Positions 25,894-33,033 of a stretch of 45,157 nucleotides of DNA are shown in pieces (positions within the stretch are counted from its first letter, which is position 1; every line of letters begins with the position of its first letter). The DNA is from a virus, in the IMG/VR virus record IMGVR_UViG_3300001683_000005, positions 1 through 45,157 of that record; one strand, written 5' to 3'. Made by a program: the position numbers and the translations under genes. Under the pieces are notes generated by a model. That model had not been told where the DNA came from. It searched no databases and saw nothing but the letters and a program-made list of their open reading frames with translations.

Positions 25894-26202
25894 ATGGACG
25901 ATATCGCTTATCAGGTAGGTGTTGGTGGGTTGGTTGCCGTGCTACTGGTAAGGGAGATCCTCGGATTCCTGAAGCACCGGAACGGCAGTGGCCACTCTCC
26001 GGCGAGCCATGGTGACACCGCCGTCTCGCAGGCTCTGCAACTGGAGCGGTGGAAGGCAGTGGAAGAGGCTATACGGGCCAGCACGCACACTATTCGTAAC
26101 AATACCCAGGTGTTAGACTCGCTTGCGCACCATATAGTGGAGAGCAGACAGGAACTCAAAGAGGCCATGGTGGAGTGCCGTGCCTCGAAGCGCACAGGAT
26201 AA
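25894..26202 (+). CDS. Small membrane protein (102 aa): N-terminal TMD plus helical C-terminus; holin or i-spanin-like
   Basis: ATG 4 nt after the giant ORF stop, preceded by GAGGAATAAGAG. TMD VGVGGLVAVLLVREILGFL is followed by a charged helical region. Confidence 0.55.
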   Translation: MDDIAYQVGVGGLVAVLLVREILGFLKHRNGSGHSPASHGDTAVSQALQLERWKAVEEAIRASTHTIRNNTQVLDSLAHHIVESRQELKEAMVECRASKRTG

Positions 26203-26226
26203 GAGGGGGACTGAAAGGATTGCGTA

Positions 26227-26508
26227 ATGGTACAGAAAAGAAAACCAAGCGGCGGAGGTCTGTATAAGACGAAACCCGGCAAGAGGAAGCCCGGCGCCAC
26301 GGCCAGGAGAGCCCCGAGCAGGGCGCTGAAGCCGAAGCCGAAGCGGAAGCCAGCAGGAAGTGCTACTCGGAAGCCAGCAGCCGCTGCTAGTAGTCGGAGG
26401 GGGCACGCCCTCGGGGGTGCGTTTGGCAATAGTGGGAAAATAGGGGGCATGATGAGATCTCTCGCGGCCAGGACCTTGGCCAAGAGGCGTGCCAGGAAAA
26501 AACAATAA
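26227..26508 (+). CDS. Polycationic Lys/Arg/Pro-rich protein, 93 aa
   Basis: MVQKRKPSGGGLYKTKPGKRKPGATARRAPSRALKPKPKRKPAG...LAKRRARKKQ. It sits between two membrane-protein genes. The 212-aa antisense ORF is judged a shadow. Confidence 0.5.
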   Translation: MVQKRKPSGGGLYKTKPGKRKPGATARRAPSRALKPKPKRKPAGSATRKPAAAASSRRGHALGGAFGNSGKIGGMMRSLAARTLAKRRARKKQ

Positions 26509-26516
26509 GAGGCGGA

Positions 26517-26867
26517 ATGGATAAGAGGCAGGAAAATATCATGACGCATACGCCGCGGGGAATCATTCCTGACAGAAAATCTTCAATCTTTTTTTTGACG
26601 GGATTAGCCTGCCTATTAGTGGTGGCGGTTCCCGGTTGCTCTGGCCTCAGCGGATTCCTCGGGGATGTGGGGATCGTTGCAGGTGGCGGGGAACTGGGGG
26701 GCGCCGGGGCCGACACCACTACTGAGCAGATCGTTGAGGGAGTGCGGACTGGGGTGGCTCTTCTGCCGTTCCCAGCAGCCGAGGTGCTAACTGCTGTGCT
26801 GTCCGCATTGGCAGTGTTCTCTTACATGAAACGAAGGGGGGCTTCCAATGCCCAAGTTACTGACTGA
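26517..26867 (+). CDS. Putative lipoprotein with a C-terminal TMD (116 aa); unimolecular-spanin-like architecture
   Basis: AAGAGG SD 4-5 nt upstream. Basic n-region (RGIIPDRK), h-region SIFFLTGLACLLVVAV and a lipobox-like VPG|C. Gly-rich middle section. C-terminal hydrophobic helix VLTAVLSALAVFSYM followed by KRRG. Confidence 0.5.
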   Translation: MDKRQENIMTHTPRGIIPDRKSSIFFLTGLACLLVVAVPGCSGLSGFLGDVGIVAGGGELGGAGADTTTEQIVEGVRTGVALLPFPAAEVLTAVLSALAVFSYMKRRGASNAQVTD

Positions 26868-27030
26868 TATTCTCGTGAGTCGCAAAGCCCAAGCGACCCT
26901 GCTCCTGATCCTGACAGTGGTGTGGGGACCAAATATCGGCCTCGGCCAAGACGCTATTGATGGTATCCAGACGGCCCTGGTCGCCTTCGTGCTGGCTCGT
27001 GCAGTGCATGACCACGCCCTTGCCAAGTAA
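26848..27030 (+). CDS. Small two-TMD membrane protein (60 aa); holin/antiholin candidate
   Basis: ATG preceded by GAAGGGGGG at 6-nt spacing, the same SD as at several other genes. Hydrophobic stretches ATLLLILTVVWGP and GIQTALVAFVLARAV. Confidence 0.5.
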   Translation: MPKLLTDILVSRKAQATLLLILTVVWGPNIGLGQDAIDGIQTALVAFVLARAVHDHALAK

Positions 27031-27058
27031 GAGGCGCAGGCCAAGACGAGGCGTGCAG

Positions 27059-27418
27059 GTGATTAGCCTGGAGGGCTGCTCGCCGAAGCAGAGCACGCTG
27101 GAGCGGAAGGTGACCCTTCAGATTGCAGCCTCTGGGCTTCCTCGCCCTGAAGTGGAGCACCGATTCCACGCCACCCGTAAGTGGAGGTTCGACTTCTGCT
27201 GGCCCGATCAGATGGTTGCGCTTGAGGTAGAGGGAGGTGTGTTTGGCCCAAGGACTGGACGGCACACCTCCCCGGTCGGATTTCATAAAGACTGTGATAA
27301 GTATAACGCTGCAACGGTGGACGGCTGGCGAGTCTTACGAGTCACTTCTAAACATATCCAGAGTGGGGAGGTGATTCCTCTCCTTGAGTCTGCTCTTGTC
27401 CGTTCGGGACACCCATAG
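27059..27418 (+). CDS. PD-(D/E)xK nuclease, Vsr/DUF559-like (about 120 aa; start uncertain, the track ORF begins at 26957)
   Basis: ...HATRKWRFDFCWPDQMVALEVEGGVF...HKDCDKYNAATVDGWRVLRVT matches the D...E-V-E-G / K pattern of restriction-endonuclease-fold DUF559/Vsr-like proteins. Candidate starts are GTG 27059, GTG 27053 and ATG 27008. Confidence 0.55.
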   Translation: MISLEGCSPKQSTLERKVTLQIAASGLPRPEVEHRFHATRKWRFDFCWPDQMVALEVEGGVFGPRTGRHTSPVGFHKDCDKYNAATVDGWRVLRVTSKHIQSGEVIPLLESALVRSGHP

Positions 27419-27865
27419 GAGGAGATCCCACGACCACCGTCCCCGCTTTGCGAGGTCTTCGTCAATAAGATCCGCCCAAGGTGCTGTTATCTCCTTAGTG
27501 AGCGTCAGCGTCTGTGCCAACTCTCTCGCTTTGTTATAAAGACGCACCGCTGCACGGGCAGAGGGTTTGCCCATCACCTCTTCCATCGTGCATGGGGCCA
27601 CAAGCCCAGAAAGGCCGGACAGCACTTTGTCTAGCGGGACCACCGTGCTGTAAGTTTCTCGCTTGGTCAGATCTTTGTGGTATCCGGTGAGTCTCTTGGG
27701 GTCGCCTCCCTCCCACCAGATCATGGGCCAGGGCTGCGCTCGATTAGTCACCAGCAGGACCGCCCCCGGATAAGCGTAGGCTTCAACTTCTCGCCCGCTG
27801 TCAGGATCGACGACCACCCCAACGCTCCTAGCACCGGATAAGAAGTCTCTTGGCGAGGGAGTCAC
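27335..27865 (-). CDS. Hypothetical protein, 176 aa (last gene of the early block)
   Basis: ATGA-coupled to the Erf gene. Its last 28 codons are antisense to the 3' end of the nuclease gene (27335-27418). Confidence 0.5.
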   Translation of the reverse strand: MTPSPRDFLSGARSVGVVVDPDSGREVEAYAYPGAVLLVTNRAQPWPMIWWEGGDPKRLTGYHKDLTKRETYSTVVPLDKVLSGLSGLVAPCTMEEVMGKPSARAAVRLYNKARELAQTLTLTKEITAPWADLIDEDLAKRGRWSWDLLLWVSRTDKSRLKERNHLPTLDMFRSDS

Positions 27866-28821
27866 TGGCCCCCCCCCTCAAGCGCACGGTCGAGGGCGGA
27901 CGGACCCTTCGGAGTAGTTTCCTCACCGGACTTCGGTTTGTAGTGTCCCTCTTTGGCCTTGGTGAAGTGGTCAGGTGAACCACGCAAGGGGACTCGGACA
28001 AAGGTTTCGAGACTCTTACCACCGGGTGACCAGCCCTCGGTCACGGAGAGATCGAAGGGGAGCATCGCCTTCTCGACTAGATCCCAGAACTCCTCCGCCG
28101 TGGTCACGCCCTCTTCACGCATTCTTGCTATCACCAGTTTCCTTCTTGGGTTGTTCATGATCGTCCACTTTGCGAGCCCCATCGCAGTGGTCACGACGAG
28201 ACTGCGAACGAGGTGAGCGTCCCAGTCTTGACGGCTGTCGAGAGCATAGGGCGGCGGATCAGGCCGCTTCTCCCGAGGCTTTTTTCCCTGAGTGCTGGGA
28301 GTCGGGGCCACCTCTTTGCGAGGCTCTGCGGGGCGCACAGGAGCCGCAGTGCGAGGCTGGGCGCTGCTTTTGCCTCGCCTCATGGTCGATTCGCCGTCAT
28401 CGTCCTCTTCTCCCGTGACCATCGAGAGCAGCGCCTGAAGCGAGTATCTTCGCCCATAAGTGATGGCGCTCCCCTGTCCTTGCGCAGTCTGATCCTTCAG
28501 CAGCAGGCGGTACTCGGAGGAGATCCACTCCCCACTCTCTGCGTGTGCAACCACGGTGCGCATGATATCTCCTCGACTGTCTGCGATCAGCCTGTGGAAG
28601 AGCACCAGCCCAGCGTCATGGAGCGGCTGCTTGCAAGTGCTCCACGACTCAGCGAGCGTCGAGTACCTGCTCTTATGAAACGGATTGGCTCCGTCCTGCT
28701 TTACCACTCTCGTGTTTTCTTGTGCCTGAAGCAGCGCTTTCAATACCTTGGACCACTTTGGGCTCCTCCAAGATTCCTCCACCGGGTAGTCCGCCCAAGC
28801 GTTTGGCTCAGTTTCGTTCAT
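27862..28821 (-). CDS. erf: ERF-family single-strand annealing protein with a C-terminal extension of about 130 aa (319 aa)
   Basis: ...ANPFHKSRYSTLAESWSTCKQPLHDAGLVLFHR...HAESGEWISSEY...QTAQGQGSAITYGRRYSLQALLSMVTGEEDDDGE matches the ERF signature (..kY..L..v...GL...HsSGE...Q..GSa.TY.RRY.l..l.g....DDDG). A basic, Pro-rich linker is followed by an extra domain. Confidence 0.8.
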   Translation of the reverse strand: MNETEPNAWADYPVEESWRSPKWSKVLKALLQAQENTRVVKQDGANPFHKSRYSTLAESWSTCKQPLHDAGLVLFHRLIADSRGDIMRTVVAHAESGEWISSEYRLLLKDQTAQGQGSAITYGRRYSLQALLSMVTGEEDDDGESTMRRGKSSAQPRTAAPVRPAEPRKEVAPTPSTQGKKPREKRPDPPPYALDSRQDWDAHLVRSLVVTTAMGLAKWTIMNNPRRKLVIARMREEGVTTAEEFWDLVEKAMLPFDLSVTEGWSPGGKSLETFVRVPLRGSPDHFTKAKEGHYKPKSGEETTPKGPSALDRALEGGGQ

Positions 28822-29081
28822 GGTCGTTCCCTTCTTCTTTCTTGAGACTGATGCAGCCTCTTATTTCTCTCTTCAAGTTTCCTGTATCCCTCAGCAGCAA
28901 CTGCTGCGAAGTGGCTGGTCCCCCTCGTCACTTCTTCAAGGATGTTGGCGGCCAGTTTCCTGGCCTCGGTGTTGGCCATGGTTCCGTCCTGGATCCGAAG
29001 GCTCGCCACATCTTCGAGCAGTTCCTTCAGTGCGTAGACGGCTTCGGCGGTGGGCGTGACCCAGTCGTGATACCCCATCAC
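28818..29081 (-). CDS. Hypothetical protein, 87 aa
   Basis: ATGA overlaps at both ends, between the exonuclease and Erf genes. Confidence 0.5.
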   Translation of the reverse strand: MMGYHDWVTPTAEAVYALKELLEDVASLRIQDGTMANTEARKLAANILEEVTRGTSHFAAVAAEGYRKLEERNKRLHQSQERRRERP

Positions 29082-30025
29082 TTCCCTCCTTTGGTTCGTT
29101 TCACTCGCAAGACCCTGAAGACGGCTTCGTTCACCACATAACTCTTGCGGGTTCGCTCTCCATAAGTGAGCGAGAAGTCCTCGGTGGTCGCTTGGTCAGC
29201 GTCTTCGAGCACTGCGATAAGAAGCGCCTTCGCTGCCTCCACGCGTTTGTCTGCGACTTTGCGTGCTTCTCCTGCTTCGAGATATTCGAGGCTCGCTTCG
29301 TCAATCGCTTCGACCGTGTCTGGTGAGGTGGCGAGAACCTTGCCCGGCAGTTTGACAATCCGCTCTGCACTATCCAGGCTCGGTGCGAGATCCTCCGGCA
29401 TGATCCCGGTCTCGACCGAGTGATACCAGAAGTTGTCGGCCACACTGACCAGCAGTTCTTGCATCTTCTTATCCGCTTGCACTCGGTAGAGCGCATAGGT
29501 GAGTCCGCCGTAAACCTTGCCGTCAGGACCAACTGTTACAAGCATCGCCCCGACCCAAGCCTCGGGTAGATTCGTCACATACATCTGCCACTGAACCTGG
29601 ATAAGAACGGACTCTGGAATCTCGTCGGTCAAGGGGGTTCCCCACTCATGTGTGCGAGCGGAGGATTTGATCTCGACCACTGCGACCGGGACGCCGTCCA
29701 CGGTGACGAGCCCGTCACAGTTGGCAGAGTGATTCGTACCCTCTCTTACTCGGAACTGATTCTTGGTCAGTTTGGCAGCGCCCTCATATATGGTCTCGCC
29801 GCCGATCTGTTCCCGCACCCACTCGATGGTTCCATCTTCAGAGTAGTTCCCAACCACCATCGGTGAGCCTCGTCCTGCTCGCTCCTCGATCTCAGAAGTC
29901 TCTTGAGTTTTCGAGATCCATACATCAGCGGCGTTGGCAAAGGGCGAGACCCCCATCAGTGCAGGCAAGTCGCTGCTCCCGATGTACTTCCGGCGGCGCT
30001 GACGCATCTTCTCAGTTATTGGCAT
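29078..30025 (-). CDS. YqaJ-type (lambda Exo-like) recombination exonuclease, 315 aa
   Basis: N-terminal ...RRKYIGSSDLPALMGVSPFANAADVWISKT (YqaJ hallmark IGgSD...G.sp..t...lw..K) and a PD-(D/E)xK core ...CDGLVTVDGVPVAVVEIKSS. GAGGAGG SD upstream. Confidence 0.8.
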   Translation of the reverse strand: MPITEKMRQRRRKYIGSSDLPALMGVSPFANAADVWISKTQETSEIEERAGRGSPMVVGNYSEDGTIEWVREQIGGETIYEGAAKLTKNQFRVREGTNHSANCDGLVTVDGVPVAVVEIKSSARTHEWGTPLTDEIPESVLIQVQWQMYVTNLPEAWVGAMLVTVGPDGKVYGGLTYALYRVQADKKMQELLVSVADNFWYHSVETGIMPEDLAPSLDSAERIVKLPGKVLATSPDTVEAIDEASLEYLEAGEARKVADKRVEAAKALLIAVLEDADQATTEDFSLTYGERTRKSYVVNEAVFRVLRVKRTKGGK

Positions 30026-30359
30026 TGAACCTCCTCAGATAGATGTCTGGATCGGCAGAGACCGTGCGCATGAGCGTCTCTGGGCTCGCTCCACGGCGAG
30101 CATCGTCCCAGTCCTTGCAGCAACCAATGAGGACTGTTGGATCGACGCCAAGGGCTCCAGCAAGTTGATAGATCGTCGAGGTCTTTGGCTCCGAAGCGCC
30201 CGTCTCCATCTTCCATATAGTCTGCTCTGATAAGTGCGATGATGTGGCCAGTTGCTGGGCGGTCAGGTCCAAGGCTTTGCGCAGGCGCCTGATCGGGTTT
30301 ACACCACTCATCATTCTAGCGACCGCATCTTCTAGCACTGAGTTGTTATTCTTGGTCAC
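30012..30359 (-). CDS. XRE/Cro-CI-type HTH transcriptional regulator, 115 aa
   Basis: IRRLRKALDLTAQQLATSSHLSEQTIWKMETGASEPKTSTIYQLAGALGVDPTVLI is a canonical XRE helix-turn-helix. GTG start. Confidence 0.7.
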   Translation of the reverse strand: MTKNNNSVLEDAVARMMSGVNPIRRLRKALDLTAQQLATSSHLSEQTIWKMETGASEPKTSTIYQLAGALGVDPTVLIGCCKDWDDARRGASPETLMRTVSADPDIYLRRFNANN

Positions 30360-30624
30360 TGTTGATTCCTTCCTGTGGATTCAGGCTCAACCACACCTCG
30401 TGGTCGAGCAGGACCACCGCTGGATTCAACCCAGCAGCAGTCGCGATGGTTGTTATCACATGGACCTCTGGTCGGCGAACACCTCGCTCGTAGGCTCTGA
30501 TGGTGTTCGGCTTCAAGCCAGTCAGGTCACTGAGTTGCTTCGCAGTCAATCGAGAATCACGCCGAGCCGCACGAAGCGGACTCGACGCAATCCACAGAGA
30601 CCTTCCGATCTCGACTCGGTTCAC
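30346..30624 (-). CDS. XRE-type HTH transcriptional regulator, 92 aa
   Basis: LRAARRDSRLTAKQLSDLTGLKPNTIRAYERGVRRPEVHVITTIATAAGLNPAVVL. GTG start overlapping the upstream stop (GTGA). Confidence 0.7.
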   Translation of the reverse strand: MNRVEIGRSLWIASSPLRAARRDSRLTAKQLSDLTGLKPNTIRAYERGVRRPEVHVITTIATAAGLNPAVVLLDHEVWLSLNPQEGINSDQE

Positions 30625-30935
30625 TTGTTCGCCCCTCTGGACCGACCTTGCTGCGGACGCTGGCAGGAGACCACGACCTTTTGCCCGGTCTTGAACTCGA
30701 TCTCACAGGACTGATACAGGACCAAGCCTCCAGGCGAGGCTTCCCAAACACGAGAGACAATCGAGTGGTCGTCGTCTGTGACGGCGAATCCTTGCTCGAA
30801 GATCATGGCGATCTCGGAGAACAGTTCTGTTCCCGACATCTTCTCCTGCTCTCCTGGATCAATACGAACGACCTTGTTGATAGGCGGGAGAGTTATCGCT
30901 CCTTCTCGCACTGGCGTTGACTGCTTCTTCTTCAA
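30621..30935 (-). CDS. Hypothetical protein, 104 aa
   Basis: TTG start with AAGGAG 6 nt upstream. Coupled to the downstream HTH gene. Confidence 0.5.
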   Translation of the reverse strand: MKKKQSTPVREGAITLPPINKVVRIDPGEQEKMSGTELFSEIAMIFEQGFAVTDDDHSIVSRVWEASPGGLVLYQSCEIEFKTGQKVVVSCQRPQQGRSRGANK

Positions 30936-30953
30936 AGCGGTCTCCTTTCTTGC

Positions 30954-31316
30954 CTAAAAAGGCACTTGCTCTTCTGTTTTGGTTGCCTCGGAACAGGAGT
31001 CTCGATGGTCGAATCCGTCAGCGTCCATGGGCTTGTTCTTGCCTTGTCTGGTTCGGATCCAGAACATGGTTTCCCCGCACTTCTTGCACTTGGCCTTCGG
31101 TGCATCCTCCGGCATCTCGTACTGGAACTTGCCGTCATCAGTCTTGAAGCAGTGTGCTACTGGCAGATCGCTGCCAGCACCTGAGGGCGCTGCTGCCGCC
31201 GCCGGAGGCGCCACTGGCCTCGTCAGCAAAGTGTCGTGCAGTTCTTCCAGGGCAGTCGCCACCCTGCTCATGTGATCGGCAAGTTGCTCGGCAACCGCCA
31301 AGAGTTCTTTGCTCAA
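30954..31316 (-). CDS. Hypothetical protein with a zinc-ribbon-like motif, 120 aa
   Basis: ATGA-coupled. ...KCKKCGETMFWIRTRQGKNKPMDADGFDHRDSC suggests a CxxC...H..C metal site. Confidence 0.5.
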   Translation of the reverse strand: MSKELLAVAEQLADHMSRVATALEELHDTLLTRPVAPPAAAAAPSGAGSDLPVAHCFKTDDGKFQYEMPEDAPKAKCKKCGETMFWIRTRQGKNKPMDADGFDHRDSCSEATKTEEQVPF

Positions 31317-31825
31317 GAGTCTCTCTTTCCTGGGGCGTTTACCCCGTTTGAGTATTCAGGAACGGTAACAACGAAGGTGATTCTGGAGGGCTCCTCAGTC
31401 GTGAGACAGCAGTCCTCGCCCTTGTAGTGGACTTCCATGTCCGCTGAGGTCTGAGACCAGATGACAAGGTGATCTGTGCCCCACTGAAAGACGGACACGA
31501 CCCGTCCGTCCAGGAGGTGGGACTCTTCTTGGATTTCAGCCCAGGTGCAGTCCGGATCCTCCTCGAAGATCGAGCCCTCGAAGAGGAACGAAGCCTCCAA
31601 CTCGTTGACAGCCCTCCACAAACCGAGACTGTGCAGTCGGAGCAGGTAAGTGATCGAGTCAGGAGCGGCCAGTTCGGCCACCTTCTCAGAGATGAAGACG
31701 GTCTTGCCGATCTCGATGCGACCGTCGAGCCAGTTCTCACGACGAAGGACTGTCTCGCAAAATGCTCTCGGGTCAAACGCTGCTCCGAGAGTTGGCATCT
31801 GTGGAATGCTGGGCGCTTGCGTCAT
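31313..31825 (-). CDS. Hypothetical protein, 170 aa
   Basis: ATG with AAGGAGGAG SD. Preceded by a sigma70-like promoter candidate. Confidence 0.55.
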   Translation of the reverse strand: MTQAPSIPQMPTLGAAFDPRAFCETVLRRENWLDGRIEIGKTVFISEKVAELAAPDSITYLLRLHSLGLWRAVNELEASFLFEGSIFEEDPDCTWAEIQEESHLLDGRVVSVFQWGTDHLVIWSQTSADMEVHYKGEDCCLTTEEPSRITFVVTVPEYSNGVNAPGKRDS

Positions 31826-31846
31826 CGTGCTCCTCCTTCTTTTGTC

Positions 31847-31875
31847 ACTCTAATAGCGGGCAATACCAGTGTCAA
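31847..31875 (-). promoter_or_regulatory. Sigma70-like promoter candidate (TTGACA-17-TAGAGT) for 31313-31825
   Basis: On the minus strand, TTGACA (31875-31870), a 17-nt spacer, then TAGAGT (31852-31847). It lies in a 73-nt spacer, 22 nt upstream of the ATG. Confidence 0.4.
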
Positions 31876-31898
31876 GCGACTGTGGTTCTGTCCCCTCA

Positions 31899-32039
31899 TT
31901 ATTCTCCTCCAAGCATTATGCGCACGATCAGTGCGAGTGACCCGCAGACCGCAGCGGCAGTCAGCAGAAAGATGGCGTGGTCGAGAGTTGCGTGCAGGAG
32001 TCTGTGCCTGCGGCGCTGGGCTTCGGTGCTCTTACTCAT
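31899..32039 (-). CDS. 46-aa single-TMD micro-protein (MSKSTEAQRRRHRLLHATLDHAIFLLTAAAVCGSLALIVRIMLGGE)
   Basis: Not in the ORF track. Its ATG overlaps the upstream TGA (ATGA at 32039-32036), and GGGAGGAACG lies upstream. Basic N-terminus followed by a hydrophobic helix. Confidence 0.45.
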   Translation of the reverse strand: MSKSTEAQRRRHRLLHATLDHAIFLLTAAAVCGSLALIVRIMLGGE

Positions 32040-32401
32040 CGTTCCTCCCTTTCCTCTTGGAGTTGCCTTTTCCATTCAGGAGAGAGGTCTTCTGTCGCTT
32101 CGATCTTCGTCAATCTTTTCACTGCGTCACGAGCATCGCTGCCCCAAAGCATCTTCTTGTTTACAATTACGCCGTCACGCCTCTTCAGGTTCTCCAACAC
32201 AACCGAAGCGAGCCAGTAGTCCACATGGTCTGCTTCCCCGTTGTGAAAAGTCTCATCGCATTGTTTCCTGCTGCCAGAGCAACTGAATATCGAAGCCTCC
32301 ACCGACACTTCGTCAGGTCCGCAACGGACGCACATGTCTCCTCCGTTGTCGGCCCAGTCGAAAGCGAAAATGTATCTCTTGAGCGGGCCTATTTTATTCA
32401 T
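32036..32401 (-). CDS. Hypothetical Cys-rich protein, 121 aa
   Basis: I prefer the ATG at 32401 (GGAGGAG SD 4 nt upstream, 8-nt overlap with the upstream gene) to the track start at 32473. Confidence 0.5.
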   Translation of the reverse strand: MNKIGPLKRYIFAFDWADNGGDMCVRCGPDEVSVEASIFSCSGSRKQCDETFHNGEADHVDYWLASVVLENLKRRDGVIVNKKMLWGSDARDAVKRLTKIEATEDLSPEWKRQLQEEREER

Positions 32402-32777
32402 CGTTCTCCTCCAGTTCGTCAGCCTCTTGCTCGTCGAGCGACTTCCAGTATTCGTCGGTCGGGTCGTCAGCACTGGATTCAGCGCAGGCGTCGAGAATCT
32501 CCCGGCCCACCTCCGCAGCGTTCGGCGGCGGCAGCGCCCCCGTGTTCAGCGGTCTGCTCCTGACCAGATCGTCCAGGAAGGGCTTGGCGTTCGCCTTCAC
32601 ATCGCGCAGGAAGCCCTCAGGTGTGGTCTCTGGACCGTGGACCCGGCACAACCACTCGGAGCCCTGTGTGGTCGCCAGGAAGGCCGTCAGAGACGCCTCC
32701 AGGGCGGCAGTGTCCTGAGTGATAAGCCCCTCCAGGATCGTCCAGCGCCCGGCGTCACTTTGGTCATTTTCACACAT
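32394..32777 (-). CDS. Strongly acidic hypothetical protein, 127 aa
   Basis: About 27 Asp/Glu against 9 Lys/Arg. The C-terminus is ...SLDEQEADELEENDE. Coupled to its neighbours. Confidence 0.5.
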   Translation of the reverse strand: MCENDQSDAGRWTILEGLITQDTAALEASLTAFLATTQGSEWLCRVHGPETTPEGFLRDVKANAKPFLDDLVRSRPLNTGALPPPNAAEVGREILDACAESSADDPTDEYWKSLDEQEADELEENDE

Positions 32778-33033
32778 GGCTTCCTCCTTCCATGGTCATG
32801 GCCTCGGCGTACCGCTCATAGTACTCAGCATTGTCGTTCAGTTTCTGCACAAGATTATCCAGTCGCTCCACTTCGTCGTCCAGGTCGGGGTCGCCGGAAT
32901 CGGGCGCCCACTCGTCGATTGACTCAGCAGCCTCTCGCAAGAGGCTCGCCAGGGCTAGTTTCTCTTCTCTTGTCATCTCTTCTTCTCCTTCTTCGAGGGA
33001 GGGAGCACCATGCCCCCTCCCGGGCTTGGTCAA
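32770..33033 (-). CDS. Strongly acidic hypothetical protein, 87 aa
   Basis: 24 Asp/Glu in 87 aa (LEEGEEEMTREE...DSGDPDLDDEVERLD). ATGA-coupled to the vWA gene. Confidence 0.5.
   Translation of the reverse strand: MTKPGRGHGAPSLEEGEEEMTREEKLALASLLREAAESIDEWAPDSGDPDLDDEVERLDNLVQKLNDNAEYYERYAEAMTMEGGSHV

Noticed and set aside
25911-26549. 212-aa minus-strand ORF covering the small late genes
   Set aside because: The plus-strand ORFs have SDs, tight coupling and coherent features (TMD, lipobox, polycation). A leftward gene here would be isolated within the rightward operon.
30012-30624. The two XRE regulators as evidence of a CI/Cro lysogeny switch
   Set aside because: The two genes are co-oriented inside the early operon rather than divergent. 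I see no integrase, excisionase or partition genes. HTH regulators alone do not establish a temperate lifestyle.
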